Positions 23,314 through 35,442 are shown, counted from the stretch's first letter. The stretch is 64,000 bases of DNA from Emiliania huxleyi CCMP1516 (GCF_000372725.1 NW_005201732.1:186001-250000); one strand, 5' to 3'. Numbers and translations are program-made. The notes: a model not told the origin generated them from the sequence alone.

Positions 23314-23641
23314 ATGGGCTTCGCCGCGTGCACGCTGGGCGGCAGCGCCTTTGGCGTGTGGACCATGATCTACTGCAACGCCCTGAGAAAAGCGCCGTAT
23401 TTCCACCGTGCGCTCCAGCCCGCCTCCGCGCCGGCTTCCGCCCCCCGACCACGCCCCGATCGCGCCCGCAGGGCCGTGGGAGCACGTGCTTGCCGCCGGC
23501 TTCTTCGCCTACCTGGCGAACCGCACCTCCACCCTCAGCGACTTCCTCGGCGAGCGGCTCGATGCAGGCGTCATGGAGCAGCTCAAGCAGAACCAGGCGC
23601 GCACCGAGACGCGCACCGCCCTGCCGCGGCCGTGCTGCTAG
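23314..23641 (+). CDS. NDUFC2: Mitochondrial complex I accessory subunit B14.5b (NDUFC2-like, plant/algal type)
   Basis: Splicing intron 23408-23471 gives ...IYCNALRKAPYFHRPWEHVLAAG..., matching the plant-type motif YSNALRKLPYMRHPWEHV. Confidence 0.7.
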
Positions 23642-24016
23642 CTTGAGCAGTCGCCGAGCATCGCTGGCCCCGCGTGTCCGTTGACCCCCCTGGACCCCCG
23701 CTGCCGCAGGGCAAGTTTGACGAGAAATACAAGGCAATCTTGGGCGAGAAGGGCTACAAGAAGATCTTTGGTTGAGGGGGCGCACGCATAGCATGGCGTT
23801 GCCGGGGCTCAGAAGCAGCCCCAGGTCTCTGTCTCGTGGAGTATTGTCTCAAGATTGTGTTATCCGACGCTGGCCGAACCCCGCGCTCCGCGGCGGGCGC
23901 GGCCCGGGGCGGCGGCGGGGCCGGGGCGGCGGCGGGCGCGGCGCGGGTGGCAGAGCGAGCGGGCCGAGGCGGCGTTCCCTGCTTCATCGGCGCGGGGGCG
24001 CCGCTTTTACGAAAAA

Positions 24017-27000
24017 TCACACACCGAACCGCGACCGCATCTCCAGCTGGAGCGCTCGCTCCCGCACCCCCCTCGGGTCGAGCGACTTCGCGAGCTGCGC
24101 GCACGCCGATCCTCGGTACAGCTCCCACCAGCCAGCTTGCGCCGCCGCGCGCGGCTCCGCCCACACGGCAGCGGAACCTTCGCCCTCCCCGCCCTCCCCG
24201 CGCCCTCCTCCCTCCGCAGCTGCGCGCCGGTCGAGCGCCCAGTAGCGGCGGCCGCTCCGGTCGACGCCGAGGCTCTCGGTGCGGACGCAGAGCTGCGCCA
24301 TCGCCGCCCTACGCCGGCGGTCGTCGTGCTCGTCGTCCTCTGCGTGGGCGAGAGCGGCCAGCGCGACGTGCGCGTCGAGCACCTCCCTCGTCATCCAGCG
24401 GCAGCCCTGCCCCTCCCCCCTGCGAGGCCCGACCCCGTCGGCGGAGGAGTCGCCGACCAGCAGCGCCGCGTGCGCGAGCTCGAGCGCCGAGAGGAGCTGT
24501 TCACAGCGAGGAGGAGTGAAGAGACGCGGTACACGCCTCGTCAGCCGGGAGGCACACTCGGCCTCGTCGCGGCTCGCTCCCTCCACCGCCTCGCGAAGGG
24601 CAGCCTCCGCGCCGTCGCGCCGCGCCGTCGCCGCCTCGCGCCGCCTCCGGAGCTCGTCGCGCAAACGTGCCGTCCTGGCGGCGTCGCCTCCGGCGCCTCC
24701 GGCGCCGCCGGCGAGCTCGAGCTCGAGCTCGACCCCCTGCTCTTAATTAAGGAATTTAAGGGCTAATTAAGATATGAGCTCGAGCTCGCCCCCCTGCTCT
24801 TAATGAAGGAATTTAAGGGCTAATTAAGATATGAGCTCGAGCTCGCCCCCCTGCTCTTAATTAAGGAATAATTTAAGGGCTAATTAAGATATGAGCTCGA
24901 GCTCGACCCCCTGCTCAGTGGCGCGCACTGCATCCGTCGCCTCTCGCGGTGCGTGAGCTACGAGGACAGTGGAGGCTGCGAGGACAAGAGTGTGCCACGA
25001 GGCAGTGGACTGCCCGACATGTCCGTCGAAGACCGTCGAGTGCGTGTCTTTGAGAGTGCTTGCTAGAGGGCTACCGCGACCGCACCTGCGCGACCTCCGA
25101 CGCGGTGAGCTCGGCGCGCGACACCACGAGCGCGGGCGGGCCGAGCACGCCCGCTGCAGCCAGCCGCGCGACCACACTCTTTGCGCGCTGCACCAGCGCG
25201 TCGCCCTCCGCCTCCGCCCTGCCCCCCTCCGCCCTGCCCCCCTGCCCCTTGCGCTTGCCTCGCGGCTTGAGCTCAAAGTGCTCCTCCACCGCCGCCCGAA
25301 CCGCCTCGCGGGCCCGCCGCCGGCCGCGCCTCGCGTCCCGCCCCTCCACGTCCAACTCCTGCCACCGCCGCTGCTGCGCCTCGGCGGCGGCGGCCGCCGC
25401 CGCCGTCTCGGCGGCGGCGTTGACGAGCAAGCCGAGGAGAGCTAGCTTCGCGTGCGGCGAGAGCCGGCTGTAGGTGGAGGCGAGGGCGGCGGGCGGCGCC
25501 GCCAGCAGCGGCTGGACCGCCTCCTGCAGCGCCGAGCGTTGGAGGAACGACTCGACCGCCGAACCGCTCCCCTCCTTCTCGGAGGAGGGGCGCTGTTGCG
25601 CGCCTCCGCGCGCCTGACCCCGCGCGGGCTGTGGACCCAGCGGCCGCGCGGCGCGGCGTCGGGAAGAGCGACGCGCTGCCGCCGGGGCAGAGGCGGCAGC
25701 ACCGTCAGAGGCGGCCGGCGGCGCGACGCCCGCCGCCGCGGTGTCCGCTGCAGCCCCTCGGCTCGGTGGCGGGGCTCCGTCGCCGCCGGCTGCCTCTGCG
25801 GGCTCCGCGGCCTCTGCAGCCTCTGCGGGCCGGGGCGGCGAGTCTTCGATGGGCGGCATCTCCCCCCGCGCCCACGAGTCTGCCAGGCGAACCGCGCTCG
25901 CCGCGGCGACGGCGGGCCTATGGCGCGAACGGCGTCTCTTCACAGCGCGCGTCCGGGGCGGGAGCAGCTCCGCGCGGGATGGCGGGCTCCAATCCGCAAT
26001 GCCAACCTCGGCCGGAGCAGGCCGGCGCGGCCGCTCGCGGCGCAGCAGACGCGGGGGCGCGATGCAGGAGAGGAGGCGATACTCGACCGCCCCACCCCCC
26101 TCGAGCAGCAGCTCGACCGTGGCTGCCGTCTCGTCCAGGGCCATGGTGTGCAGGCCCGATCGCTCGTCGAAGCCAACCAGCACTCCGGTGGAGGGGTGCG
26201 GCTTGCCGCCGCCGCGGCGGTCGTGCTCACGCCGGAGCCGCCGCGCCTGTGGAGGGTGGTGCGGGGCATGCAACGGTGCGAGAGGAGCTAGGGCGCTGCA
26301 CGGCGGGCTGCGGGGGGGCCTGCGCGTGAAGGCTGTCGCCGAGGTTGTCAAGGGGCTCCCAAGTGCTGCTGCCCCTCGAGTAGCCAGCCCACTTGACGAG
26401 CCACTCCTCCCGCCCCGCCTGGCCCGGCTCCTGCCGCCGCCGGAAGCCGACGAGGCCCTCGACCGCCCACCCGCCAGCCCCCACCGGCGCTGCCTCCGCC
26501 GACGCCAACGGCGCCTCAGCCGGCTCCTCCTCCTCCCCCTCCTCCTCCGCTTCAGGGAGAGACGGCGACGAGTGCGTGGGCTGGCTCATCAGCGCAGAGA
26601 TGCGCCAGCCGACGAGCTGAGAGCCGCGCAGGACGCGCTGCTGCGGCTCCTCGTCCGCCCCACCGACCACTGCGCTGCTTCCCTCTGCGCTCGCTGCGCC
26701 GCCGCTTCCTGGCCTGTCGCGCGGCTCGTCCCTCGGCTGCGCGTCTCTCGGCCACCACCCGCTCGCCGCCTCGTCCGCCAGCAGGAGGTGGAGCAAACGG
26801 ACGTGCAGCGCTGCCAGCTTTTGCGGCGGCACTCCGCTCGTGTCGTCGAGCATCGACACCAAGCCCTGCAGCCCACACACCTGAGGCAAGCTGAGCGCCT
26901 CCCCGAACGCGGCGACAAAGTCGGCCACGGCGAGGAGCGGCCCAGCCGCGCTGCAAGGTACTCCTCCCAACGCAGCACCGAGCTCGCTCGGCGCAGGCCG

Positions 27001-29631
27001 CGGGCCCGGGGCCGCCTCCCCAGTCAGGGATGCCATGCGCGCCAGCCTACCGGTCACGCGGCGGCGACTGGTGACCGCCTCCTCCCCCTCACCCCCCCCC
27101 CCCTCCCCTGCCGCGGCGCGCTCGACGCCTAGCGTCTGGAACCGCCGGCGCGCCGCCCCACCCCTCCGCCGCCTCCTTTGCGCGCCTACCCCGGCGTGGG
27201 ACAGGGAAGCGACTCACAGAAGCGCCGTGCGGGCCCCTCCTCCTCCTCTTGCGATGGCGCGCCGCCGCTCCGCCTCCGCCTCCGCGGCCGCCGCCCGCGC
27301 CTCCTGCGCTGCGCGGTGGCCCGCCTCAAGGTCGAGCTTGTAGTGGCGCGCAACCTAGCGGTCGGTCATCCGCCATTATTGATGAATCAGCTGATGAGTA
27401 GCCGGTGGCGGCGCGCAACCTCGGCTCGCTGGCTACCGCTCCACTATCAGCTACTGCTGTGCTACTGCTGGGCAGCCTCGGCCCGCGAGCGAAAGACGCG
27501 CCCCGTGGCCGAGTAGTAGAGGAAGTAGTCGCCCGCGACCTGCGTTGGGTCGGGGCTGGGGTGAGGGTGAGGGCTGGCGACTTGGTCGAGAGGGCAGGAG
27601 AGGCCCGCCTTTCCGCCGGCGGGGCGCACGCACAGCTTGACCGACCAGCCCGCGAGCACAGAGTCGCCCTCGCCGCCGCACTCGACGAGGAAGGAGCGCA
27701 AGTTCTCGAGCTCCTCCTCCTCGCACCTAACGACCCCTCACCGCGGCCCCGCTCACCGCCGGTGCCCCCTCTCCGAGCCCTCCTCCTCCTCCTCCGCCTC
27801 GCGCCGTGGGCCGCGGTGCCGGGCGCGCTTGGCCGCCGGCCCTTGCTCGCCCGCCGCGGAGCGCCTCACGCACGCCGCGAGATCCGACGCGAGGCTCTCC
27901 TCGAAGGCGAGCAGCCCGGCGTGCGCGAGCGGCGAGCCGCCGCCACCCGCCGCCCCGCGGCCAGCCCCGCCGCCCGCCCGGCCCTCGGCCACCGTAGAGT
28001 GCAGGCGGACGTAGAGTGCGCGCACGTCTGCAGCGAAGGCGGAGACGTCCTCGCCGTACCCGCCCCCGTCCAGCCGCGCGCGGATCTCGCCCAGAGAGGC
28101 GCCGCCACGAGAGGCCTCCCCCTCGGGCGGCGAAGAGGCCGCCTCGAGCACCCTCCCCTCCGGCCTCGCAGAGACGGACGCGAGGAGCGCGCGCCCGAGC
28201 CTCGCAACCTCGTGGGCGGGCAGGGTCGCCTTGAGGCCGGCGGGCAGGGCGCAGAGCGCGAAACCACCGCCGTCTCGCTTGCCGCCGCCCTCGGCCGGCT
28301 TGCCCGCCCGCAAATGCTCGCACACCCGCCGAGCGCAGGGCTGCTTGAGGGTGCCGGGGCCGCCAAACTTTGCCATGTCGCTGCACGGCCTGCACTGGCC
28401 GCAGTCGGTCGCCCTGCAGTTTGCGCACTCGCCGCACCGGCTCCGCCGCTTCGAAGGCGTGCTTCGCTCCTCCGCGCTGCGCGGCGGCGCCGCGCCGCCA
28501 ACCTACGGGCGGCAGGCGGACGGTAGGCGAGCCTCTCCACACACTCGAGAGGGCCATGCCCGCGTGGTGGGCGGGCAGCCAGCCTCGGCGTGCCAGTGCG
28601 AGTCGGCGAGCACCCAGCGCGGCCGCAGCACCTCAGCGCCCACCCACCTGTTCACGGCACACTGCCGTGAAGAGGCACTGCTCCCGAGGCGACCGCAGCA
28701 CGATCCTCGCCCACCGCTGCCGCTTGTATAGCTCGGAGCTGACGAGGAAGGAGGCCTCCGCGGGCCGGCTCTCGAGCAGTCGCACCTCCCACCAGCCGTC
28801 GTCGTGCAGCAGGGAGAGCAGCTTGCCGGCGGGAAGCTGCGATGGGAAGCCCGGCGGTGGCGGCGGCGGCGGCGGCCGCAGGAGGCGGGTGCTCGTCCAC
28901 TCGGTCAGCAGCGGCGCCTCGCCGTCTCCGCCGCCCTCCTCCTCCGCCTCGACGCAAAAGGCGGCGTACTGCACGAGCGCCTTGCCTTTCCGCAGCTGCA
29001 GCACCTTGCCTCCGTACAGGCTGCCACGCAGCCCCTCCTCCCCCATCTCGACCTCCACCTCGGCACCCGCCGCCAGCCAGTCCGGCGGCTGCTCAACGTC
29101 CACGCGCGCGGGCATGGCCGGCCTGCCGGCCGCGGGCGAGCACCCGCCGCCGCTCAGCTTCGGCAACCTCTCCGTGGTTTCGCCGGAGCCACGGCTTGCC
29201 TCGCCGGCCGACTTCTCGGCAAGGACTGCCGCGCAGTCATGCTGCTTCTTCTTCGGCAGGAAGCCGCACGTGCCGCACTTGTACTCGCGGACTTGTACTT
29301 CCGCTGCACCGCCGCCGCTCGCCGCCGCACCAGCTGCGGAGCCGGACTCCGCCGCCGCACCGCCAGCCTGCTCGAGCCAGCAACCCTGGACGGCATCCCA
29401 CACCTTTGGTCGCCCGTTCTCTCCGTGTGGCGCGCGGCCTCGCGGACGGCCGATCGGTGCGCTGCTGGAGCTGCGGGAAGCTGGTGCTGCGGCAAGGCTC
29501 GCTGGTGCTGCGGCAGGATTGGCTGAATCTGCGGCAGGGCCCACTGGTGATGCAGCGGGACTCGCTGATTGCAACTGTGGGACTGCGTCTGCGCGCGTCA
29601 CTTCTGGCTCCGAACCGCCCGACTGCGACAT
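24017..29631 (-). CDS. Large multi-exon chromatin reader / ISWI-accessory-like protein (Agenet x2, CXXC, bromo-like, MBD, DDT, chromo, WHIM/WSD)
   Basis: Agenet VEVEMGEEGLRGSLY..RLLRPPPP and DDGWWE; CXXC CGECANC..DCGQCRPC.DMAKFGGPG..KQPC; bromo-like LGEIRARLDGGGY...FAADVR; MBD GWSVKL..LYYSATGRVFRS; DDT LLAVADFVAAFGEAL; chromo EWLVKWAGY...TWEPLDNL; WHIM1 YSRLSPHAKLALL; WSD LGVDRSGRRYW..LDPRGVRERAL. Exon structure approximate. Confidence 0.75.
24713..24916. repeat. Intronic ~55-60-bp tandem repeat (splice acceptor/exon start + AT-rich TTAA spacer) x3
   Basis: GAGCTCGAGCTCG(A)CCCCCTGCTC occurs four times, separated by three copies of TTAATTAAGGAATTTAAGGGCTAATTAAGATAT. Confidence 0.9.
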
Positions 29632-29753
29632 GTTGTCGTCGTACGCCGCCCTTTCCTCTTCTCGTCGCTGCCGTGTGACCCCTGCCACAAGCTCCTGTTG
29701 ACGCGATCACGGTCGGTCCACACAGGTCACAAAAAAAGAATAACGTCTGATCG

Positions 29754-30042
29754 CTCAGCGGAGCTGGGAATAGGACCGCCGCGAGCGGCGTGGCGTGGGG
29801 CCCCTCTGCGCCGGGGAGGCGATGTTGGAAAAAAGAAACAAAGAAAACAGACAACCCAAGGGAGGGATGGGAGAACGGCACGCCGCCACCACACAGGGAT
29901 TTTAAGGAGAGGAGTGTGATGCGATGTTGGAGCTAGGACGCAAGCGTCCGTCGCCTTTTTCAAACTCGGGGCCCACTCCGCTACGCTCCGACCCGAATTT
30001 GGAGGGCCTATAAAAGTTTAAGGTATTGCTGCGCAAAAGGGG
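29754..30042. repeat. Dispersed ~200-bp repeat (family B), copy 1, interrupted by a retroposon
   Basis: Matches 44254-44458 from CTCAGC.GAGCTGGGAA to GCTGCGCAAAAGGGG, apart from the insertion at 29830-29920. Confidence 0.85.
29830..29920 (-). mobile_element. Heavily 5'-truncated retroposon copy (family A, ~90 bp)
   Basis: Matches the 3' end of 16646-17317. Direct repeat GCGATGTTGGA at 29819-29829 and 29921-29931. The empty site is visible near 44337. Confidence 0.85.
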
Positions 30043-30770
30043 AAGACACTCCACGCACAAAGTACATGCATACTTCCTCTTAGGCGGACCCTCCCGATGC
30101 CAGGACGCATCTAGTGCTAGTGTCGCTTTAGGAAATGCGGCGGCGAATGGCAAAGCGCATAAAGAAAGTCGGGGTCGCAGAGAGCGTCGCGCAGCAGTTG
30201 AGCATGCTCGTGCGTTGTTTAGGACGCCACGCCAATTATCTGCGCGCCCATCTGTTGCCTGGCATCCCCTGCGAATTCGTCGCTCGTGATCAGCTCCGCC
30301 GCCGCTCGTAGCAACCAGTGCCGTGTCGAGATGAAGCTCCGCGACGACGCCCGTGGACTGCACGCGCAGGGAGAGGCGCACGAGCTCCCGCACGGCAAGC
30401 GACTTCTCGGCATGCGCCGCCTGACGCCTGTCGGCATCCCATTCTTGCAAGCAAGCCACATTTCTACCGACCGCGTATTTGGTCGACGGGACGGACGTTT
30501 TGGTACGTTTTGGCACCAGCTGAAGGCTTGCACGGACAAGAGCCCGTTGCCAACCGCACTTTTGCCAGAGCCTCGCGAATCAATTGGCCTCCGCTCGGGT
30601 GTGAACATATTCGCTGCGGTCAGAATGGGCCTATCCCGATAGAGCAGGCCGGCTGCGGCTCCTGATGTACCTCCGCTTTTGGGTGGCGGTCGCGCGCTGC
30701 CGACGGCGCTCGCCGGCGCTACGGCGCTCGCGGCGCGCTCGTGGCGTTCAGGGCGGCTCGCACACGCACA

Positions 30771-30934
<164 letters not shown>

Positions 30935-31189
30935 CACAGACACACAGCCCCTTCCCCTCCCCCCTCAAGGGCGAGGACACGCACAGGCCGCACCTCTAGT
31001 GAGGCCCGCATAGTATGTGGGAGACTCGTGCCGCCGCCCCTGCCACCCCTGTGTCAGTGTGCCTGTGGTAGGAGAGACTGCCAGCGACAAGCTGGAGGCA
31101 GGTCGCTAGACTGAGATGAGACCGCCAGTGGATGTGGGAGTCCACCGCGCACCGCGCTGCGAGCCTGTCGTGTCCCTTGTCAGGAGCAG

Positions 31190-31294
31190 GAGAGCCCCAC
31201 CTGTCCCCCTGATCGTTCTTCCAAAATCCTGCTCGTGCAGGTGGGGACCCTGTCCTCGTCCCATCCCTCGTTTGGCGTGTCTGTTTTCTTTCTT
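31190..31294 (+). mobile_element. 3' end of a second (TTTC)n-tailed retroposon family (family C)
   Basis: TGTCCC.CTGATCGT.CTTCCAA.ATCCTG..GTGCAGGTGGGGA..CCCTCGTTTGGCG..(TTTC)n. The reverse complement is at 32513-32610. Confidence 0.65.
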
Positions 31295-31494
31295 TCTTTC
31301 TTTCGGCATATCCCTTCAAGATATGTTTTGGGGGGTGCCTCCTCGAGGTCAACAAAAAAAAGTCGGTGCATCCCTTGGGGGATCTGTTTTCTTTCTTTCT
31401 TTTTCCCAGTGCGCGCGTCCAGAACTTAGAATATTTACGCGACGCTTAAGTCTCGCCGGCCCCCGCCCTCTCTACACGCGTCGCACGCTGCCGG

Positions 31495-32490
31495 TCATTG
31501 GCGGCCGGAGAGCAGCGCCTCGGCGCCGGTGGCGCGCGCCTCGCACATGAGCGGCCAGCCGAGGATGCCCTGCACCCACGGCGGCGGCGCCCCGCCCGCC
31601 GCGAACTCCGCGGCGGCCGCCGGCTCGTACTCTACAAACTCGCCCACAGAGAGGGCTCGCTCGGCCGGAGGCACCCCCCTCGAGACGGCGAGCGAGGCGA
31701 GGTCGAGCCGCCAGACCGCCTTCTCCTCGAGGTCGACGAGCGTGCCGGTGCCGCTGCTCGCGTCGAAGCCGGAGCACCAGCCGAGCCGCCGCCCGCGCGC
31801 GGCGGCCGCGTCGCTGTGCAGCCGGGCGGCGGGAAGCGCGACCGACAGCTCGACGGGCGGAGCCTCGTCGAGGAGGCGCACGGCCTCCACCTGCGTGAGC
31901 AGCCCGTACGGCGCGCCCGCCGCCGACGCCAGCTCGCCCGTCACCTTGAGGTACTCCTCGTCGACGTACGACTGCAGCTTTGCGCGCCGCTCCCCGCGCC
32001 GCCGCACACGCTCGGCGGCGCGGTCGGCCGCATACCCCTCCTCGGCGCTGAGGACGTCCGCGTCCACGGGCGCGGCCCGGGTCGCGAGCTCCGCGGGTGG
32101 ATCCAGAGGCCGCCTCTGCGATGCTGCCGGCGCCGCGGCGGCCGGCGGCGCTGGCGTGGCGGCGGCCGGAGGCGATGGCGTGGCGGCTGACGCGGTGGCG
32201 GCCGGCGGCGCGGCTGGAGCGGCCGACGCGCGGCGCGGCCCTCTCCTTGGCGCGTCGATGATGCCCTGCGCAGACAGCTCGATCCGGCGGACGAGGTCCG
32301 CCTTCTTTCCGCTCACCTTGAGCCCCTTCGCCTTGCAGACCGCCTTGAGCTCGTAGACCTTGAGCTCGGCGAGCGTCTTGCCTGCCGCCGCCGAGGCGAC
32401 GACGGGAAGCGGCACGCGGCGGGTGGCGGGGAGAACGCGCGCCAGCGGCGGCGCGAGCGCGAGCGCCGCGACGAGGCACACCAGCAGCAT
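31495..32490 (-). CDS. SAP-domain + cold-shock/OB-like domain protein with N-terminal signal peptide (probably plastid)
   Basis: MLLVCLVAALALAP leader, SAP motif LAELKVYELKAVCKAKGLKVSGKKADLVRRI, and CSD-like GWCSGFDASSGTGTL...LSVGEFVEYE...VQG. Confidence 0.7.
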   Translation of the reverse strand: MLLVCLVAALALAPPLARVLPATRRVPLPVVASAAAGKTLAELKVYELKAVCKAKGLKVSGKKADLVRRIELSAQGIIDAPRRGPRRASAAPAAPPAATASAATPSPPAAATPAPPAAAAPAASQRRPLDPPAELATRAAPVDADVLSAEEGYAADRAAERVRRRGERRAKLQSYVDEEYLKVTGELASAAGAPYGLLTQVEAVRLLDEAPPVELSVALPAARLHSDAAAARGRRLGWCSGFDASSGTGTLVDLEEKAVWRLDLASLAVSRGVPPAERALSVGEFVEYEPAAAAEFAAGGAPPPWVQGILGWPLMCEARATGAEALLSGRQ

Positions 32491-32512
32491 GTCGAGAGGG
32501 CGCGAGCCCAGC

Positions 32513-32782
32513 AAAAGAAAAGCCGGTCGCGCCAAACGAGGGGTGGGAGAAGACTGCTGGATCATCCCCACCTGCACGGCAGGATCTTGGAAGGACGATC
32601 AGGGACAAAGGGGAACGGGGACGGGGAGCGCATCACGCCGACACGGAGGGGCTGGGCGGCGCGCTGTTTCGTTTGCGCTGGAGCCGGTGGGAGAAGGACT
32701 GGATCCCCACCTGCAAAACGGGATGGAAAGGACGATCAGGGACACAGGGGAACGGGAGCGGGGAGCGCATCGCGACACGGAG
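32513..32782 (-). mobile_element. Family C retroposon fragments (two tandem partial copies), target of the MULE insertion
   Basis: GGAAGGACGATCAGGGACA.AGGGGAACGGG..CGGGGAGCGCATC occurs twice. The sequence resumes after 35301. Confidence 0.6.
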
Positions 32783-33704
32783 GGTGAACCTTCTTTTCTA
32801 CCAGGCTAGGATTGAGAGCAGCCTCGCTCTCAATCCTAGAAGTCGAAGGATTGTGAGCAGCACTCCTCGCAATCGTAGCATCTCTGTGCGATTGTGAGCA
32901 CCCACGCTCGCAATCCTACATCTTCTAGGACTAAGAGCAGCTCCGCTCACAAGGTGACTGGTGACGCTTACGATACTACCAGCGCGCTCACAATCCGAGC
33001 AAGCTCTAGGGTTGCGAGCAGCTTAGCTCACAATCCTGGCTATATGCCTCCGAATTCGAGCAGTAGCGCTCGCAATCCTACGTCTTGTAGGACTATGAGC
33101 GGCTGCGCTCACAATCGTACCAAAGATCCAAGGACTGCTAGTTGGCTAGCAGGCGCACAGAGGGCGCTCCCAATCGCTCCAGCCGCGAACGCTTGTGAGT
33201 GAGCGCTCACAGCGCGCCGGGGGGGTCTCCTCAATCCAAACAGTGATCGCACCGATTGCGAGGGGACCCGCTCGCAATCCTAGAAGTCGTAGGACTGTGG
33301 GCGGTGTCGCTCGTAATCCGCGAAAGTTCTAGGATTGCGAGCGCTACTGAAGGCCCCCGCACGGGGGGTCCCGGCCGACGTCATGCGCGTCCGCCAAGGG
33401 TCCGGGGTCGCCCAGGCAAGTGGCCCAAATCCGATGAGTTTTCCAGGTGTGAACAGCAGCTGAGAGGTGTGAATTCATCCCAGGCGGGGTGCGGGGCGGT
33501 AGCCCCGCAGAGAAAATTTTGCGTGCTGGGGCACTGAGATCGCAGTTTTATTAGTCCACGTCGGATGCCAGCTGCAGCTGTTTCGAAGATACGCGGTGCC
33601 GCATTTGAGCATGAATCAGCGACCTTTCTGCTGGCATCACGCATAAGAGAAGCCGAGAGGCACAAGGTCCTCCAATTTGCCGGATCAGCAGCGCGGTCTG
33701 GAGC

Positions 33705-34427
33705 GTGGTTGTGGCGTATGCATTTGCCCCCAAGCAGGCCAAGCTCGACCTCGACCGCGACCGCGCCTCTGCCGCCCTCCCCCCTGCGCCCGCCGCAGCT
33801 GGCCTTGCGTCCGGCGTCGCTGCCACCGGCCCCGCCGGCCTTGCGCACGGCGCCGCTGCCACTGGCACCGGCACCGGCCCCGCCGCTTCTGACACCGCCG
33901 CGTCCGCGGCGCCCGCCGCCGACCCGCCGACGGAGTCGCCGCTCACAAGTGCAACACCAATGCTCGAGATCGGCACGAACGTTGTGATCGCCACGTACGA
34001 CAGCGCGGGTAGGTTCGACTGGTGGTGCGGCCGCGTGCAGCAGATGCTCTGCAAGTCGGGCGGCAAGAGGGGGAGCTACGTGCGGACCTATCTCCCCGTG
34101 CCGTTCGACGAAGCTAAGGCAGCCAACTATAAGATCCACTGCAACTTCTACGCCAAGTCGGGCGCGGACGGCGACTACACCTTCAAGTACAACGTCGACG
34201 ATTCCGCCCCGTACCACATGGAGTCGGTGCTCGGCCTCCTCGACCTCAACCTCCCCACCGACGAAGGAGTCTATGTGCCGCGCGATCCACAGGCCGGCTG
34301 GAAGTTTGACGAGGCGCTTAAACTGATCACGCCGGCCGCGGACTCTGCTCCCCACCGCAAGCGGGCGCGGAGTACCGCCGACGACCCGAGGCTGGCGGCT
34401 CCTCTGGCGCGAAGAAGCGCGCCCTGA
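33705..34427 (+). CDS. MULE-internal ORF fragment, unknown beta-barrel-like (Tudor/BAH-like?) domain
   Basis: Protein-like globular segment EIGTNVVIATYD..FDWWCGRVQQM..IHCNFY..TFKY. No clear start codon. Confidence 0.45.
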   Translation: MVVAYAFAPKQAKLDLDRDRASAALPPAPAAAGLASGVAATGPAGLAHGAAATGTGTGPAASDTAASAAPAADPPTESPLTSATPMLEIGTNVVIATYDSAGRFDWWCGRVQQMLCKSGGKRGSYVRTYLPVPFDEAKAANYKIHCNFYAKSGADGDYTFKYNVDDSAPYHMESVLGLLDLNLPTDEGVYVPRDPQAGWKFDEALKLITPAADSAPHRKRARSTADDPRLAAPLARRSAP

Positions 34428-34429
34428 CG

Positions 34430-34670
34430 GTGACGCTCAGACGCAAGGGCGGGACGCTTGGAATCTCTGTCGACCCCGACAACCACCAAATCACCAACGT
34501 GGTCGAGGGTGGTGCTTGCGACACCGGTCCGCCGGGCTTTGCGTGGGCGGCGACTTCATCGCCGAGGTCAACGGCAAGTCGACGACCGGCAGCTCCTTTG
34601 GCAAGCTGCTGCCTGCTGCAGCGACGGCAGAGATTAGGCTGCGGCTCATCCGAGTGCAGGTGGTTGATCC
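34430..34670 (+). pseudogene. Frameshifted PDZ-like domain inside the MULE
   Basis: VTLRRKGGTLGISVD..ITNVVEGGA in one frame continues as GLCVGGDFIAEVNG..IRLRLIR in another. Confidence 0.6.
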
Positions 34671-35442
34671 CGGCGCCATCACACCGCCGCGGCGGGCGCC
34701 TAGTATCAGTGCCCCCCCCCAGGATTGAGGCTCCCTTCACGCCGCCGCGAGAGGACCCGGCGGGCCCGGGCGGAAGCTCTGCAGACAGCCAGACCGCTCC
34801 GCGCGGTCGGACCGACTTTTTTCAGACTTGACTATTCTGGATACTGAGGGTATGTGCTGCTAGATCTCACTGAGCTGAGCTCATATCTGCCCTCAGTATC
34901 CTGTTTTGGGTTCGGGAATGCCTTCAGTATCCTGTTTCCGTGTACGGAGGGCCGCGTCCGGACGCGCATGACGTCGGCCGGGACCCCCCGTGCGGGGGCC
35001 TTCGCGCTACTGCTCGCAATCAGAGGCATGTTCCTAGGATTGTGAGCCAAGCTGCTCGCAACCCTATAGAGTTTGCTCGGATTGTGAGCGCGCTGGTAGT
35101 ATCGTAAGCGTCACCAGTCACCTTGTGAGCGGAGCTGCTCTTAGTCCTAGAAGATGTAGGATTGCGAGCGTGGGTGCTCACAATCGCACAGAGATGCTAC
35201 GATTGCGAGGAGTGCTGCTCACAATCCTTCGACTTCTAGGATTGAGAGCGAGGCTGCTCTCAATCCTAGCCTGGTAGAAAAGAAGGTTCACCGACACGGA
35301 GCTCGGAGGGGGCTGGGCGGGAAAAGAAAGAAAGAAAACACGCAAGCAAGAGAGGATGGGAGCGTCGGGTCGAAGTCGTCTTCTCTAGAGAATACGACCC
35401 CCTTCTGGTGTCGACCGCGCCCCCCGCGGGGGCTCGGCCGAA

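Larger units (their letters stand above)
32783..35292. mobile_element. Mutator-like (MULE) non-autonomous element, 2.5 kb, with coding cargo
   Basis: About 290-bp TIRs starting GGTGAACCTTCTTTTCTACCAGG, and a perfect 9-bp TSD GACACGGAG (32774-32782 and 35293-35301). Many CAATCCTAG/CTAGGATTG subrepeats. Confidence 0.9.

Noticed and set aside
24713..24916. Possible CRISPR-like array (also 51453-51630 and 46490-46628)
   Set aside because: The spacers are near-identical rather than unique, the arrays are intronic in eukaryotic genes, and no cas genes are present.
27388..27445. CTGATGA followed by a stem, suggesting a hammerhead ribozyme
   Set aside because: No GAAA follows the stem, so the catalytic core is incomplete.
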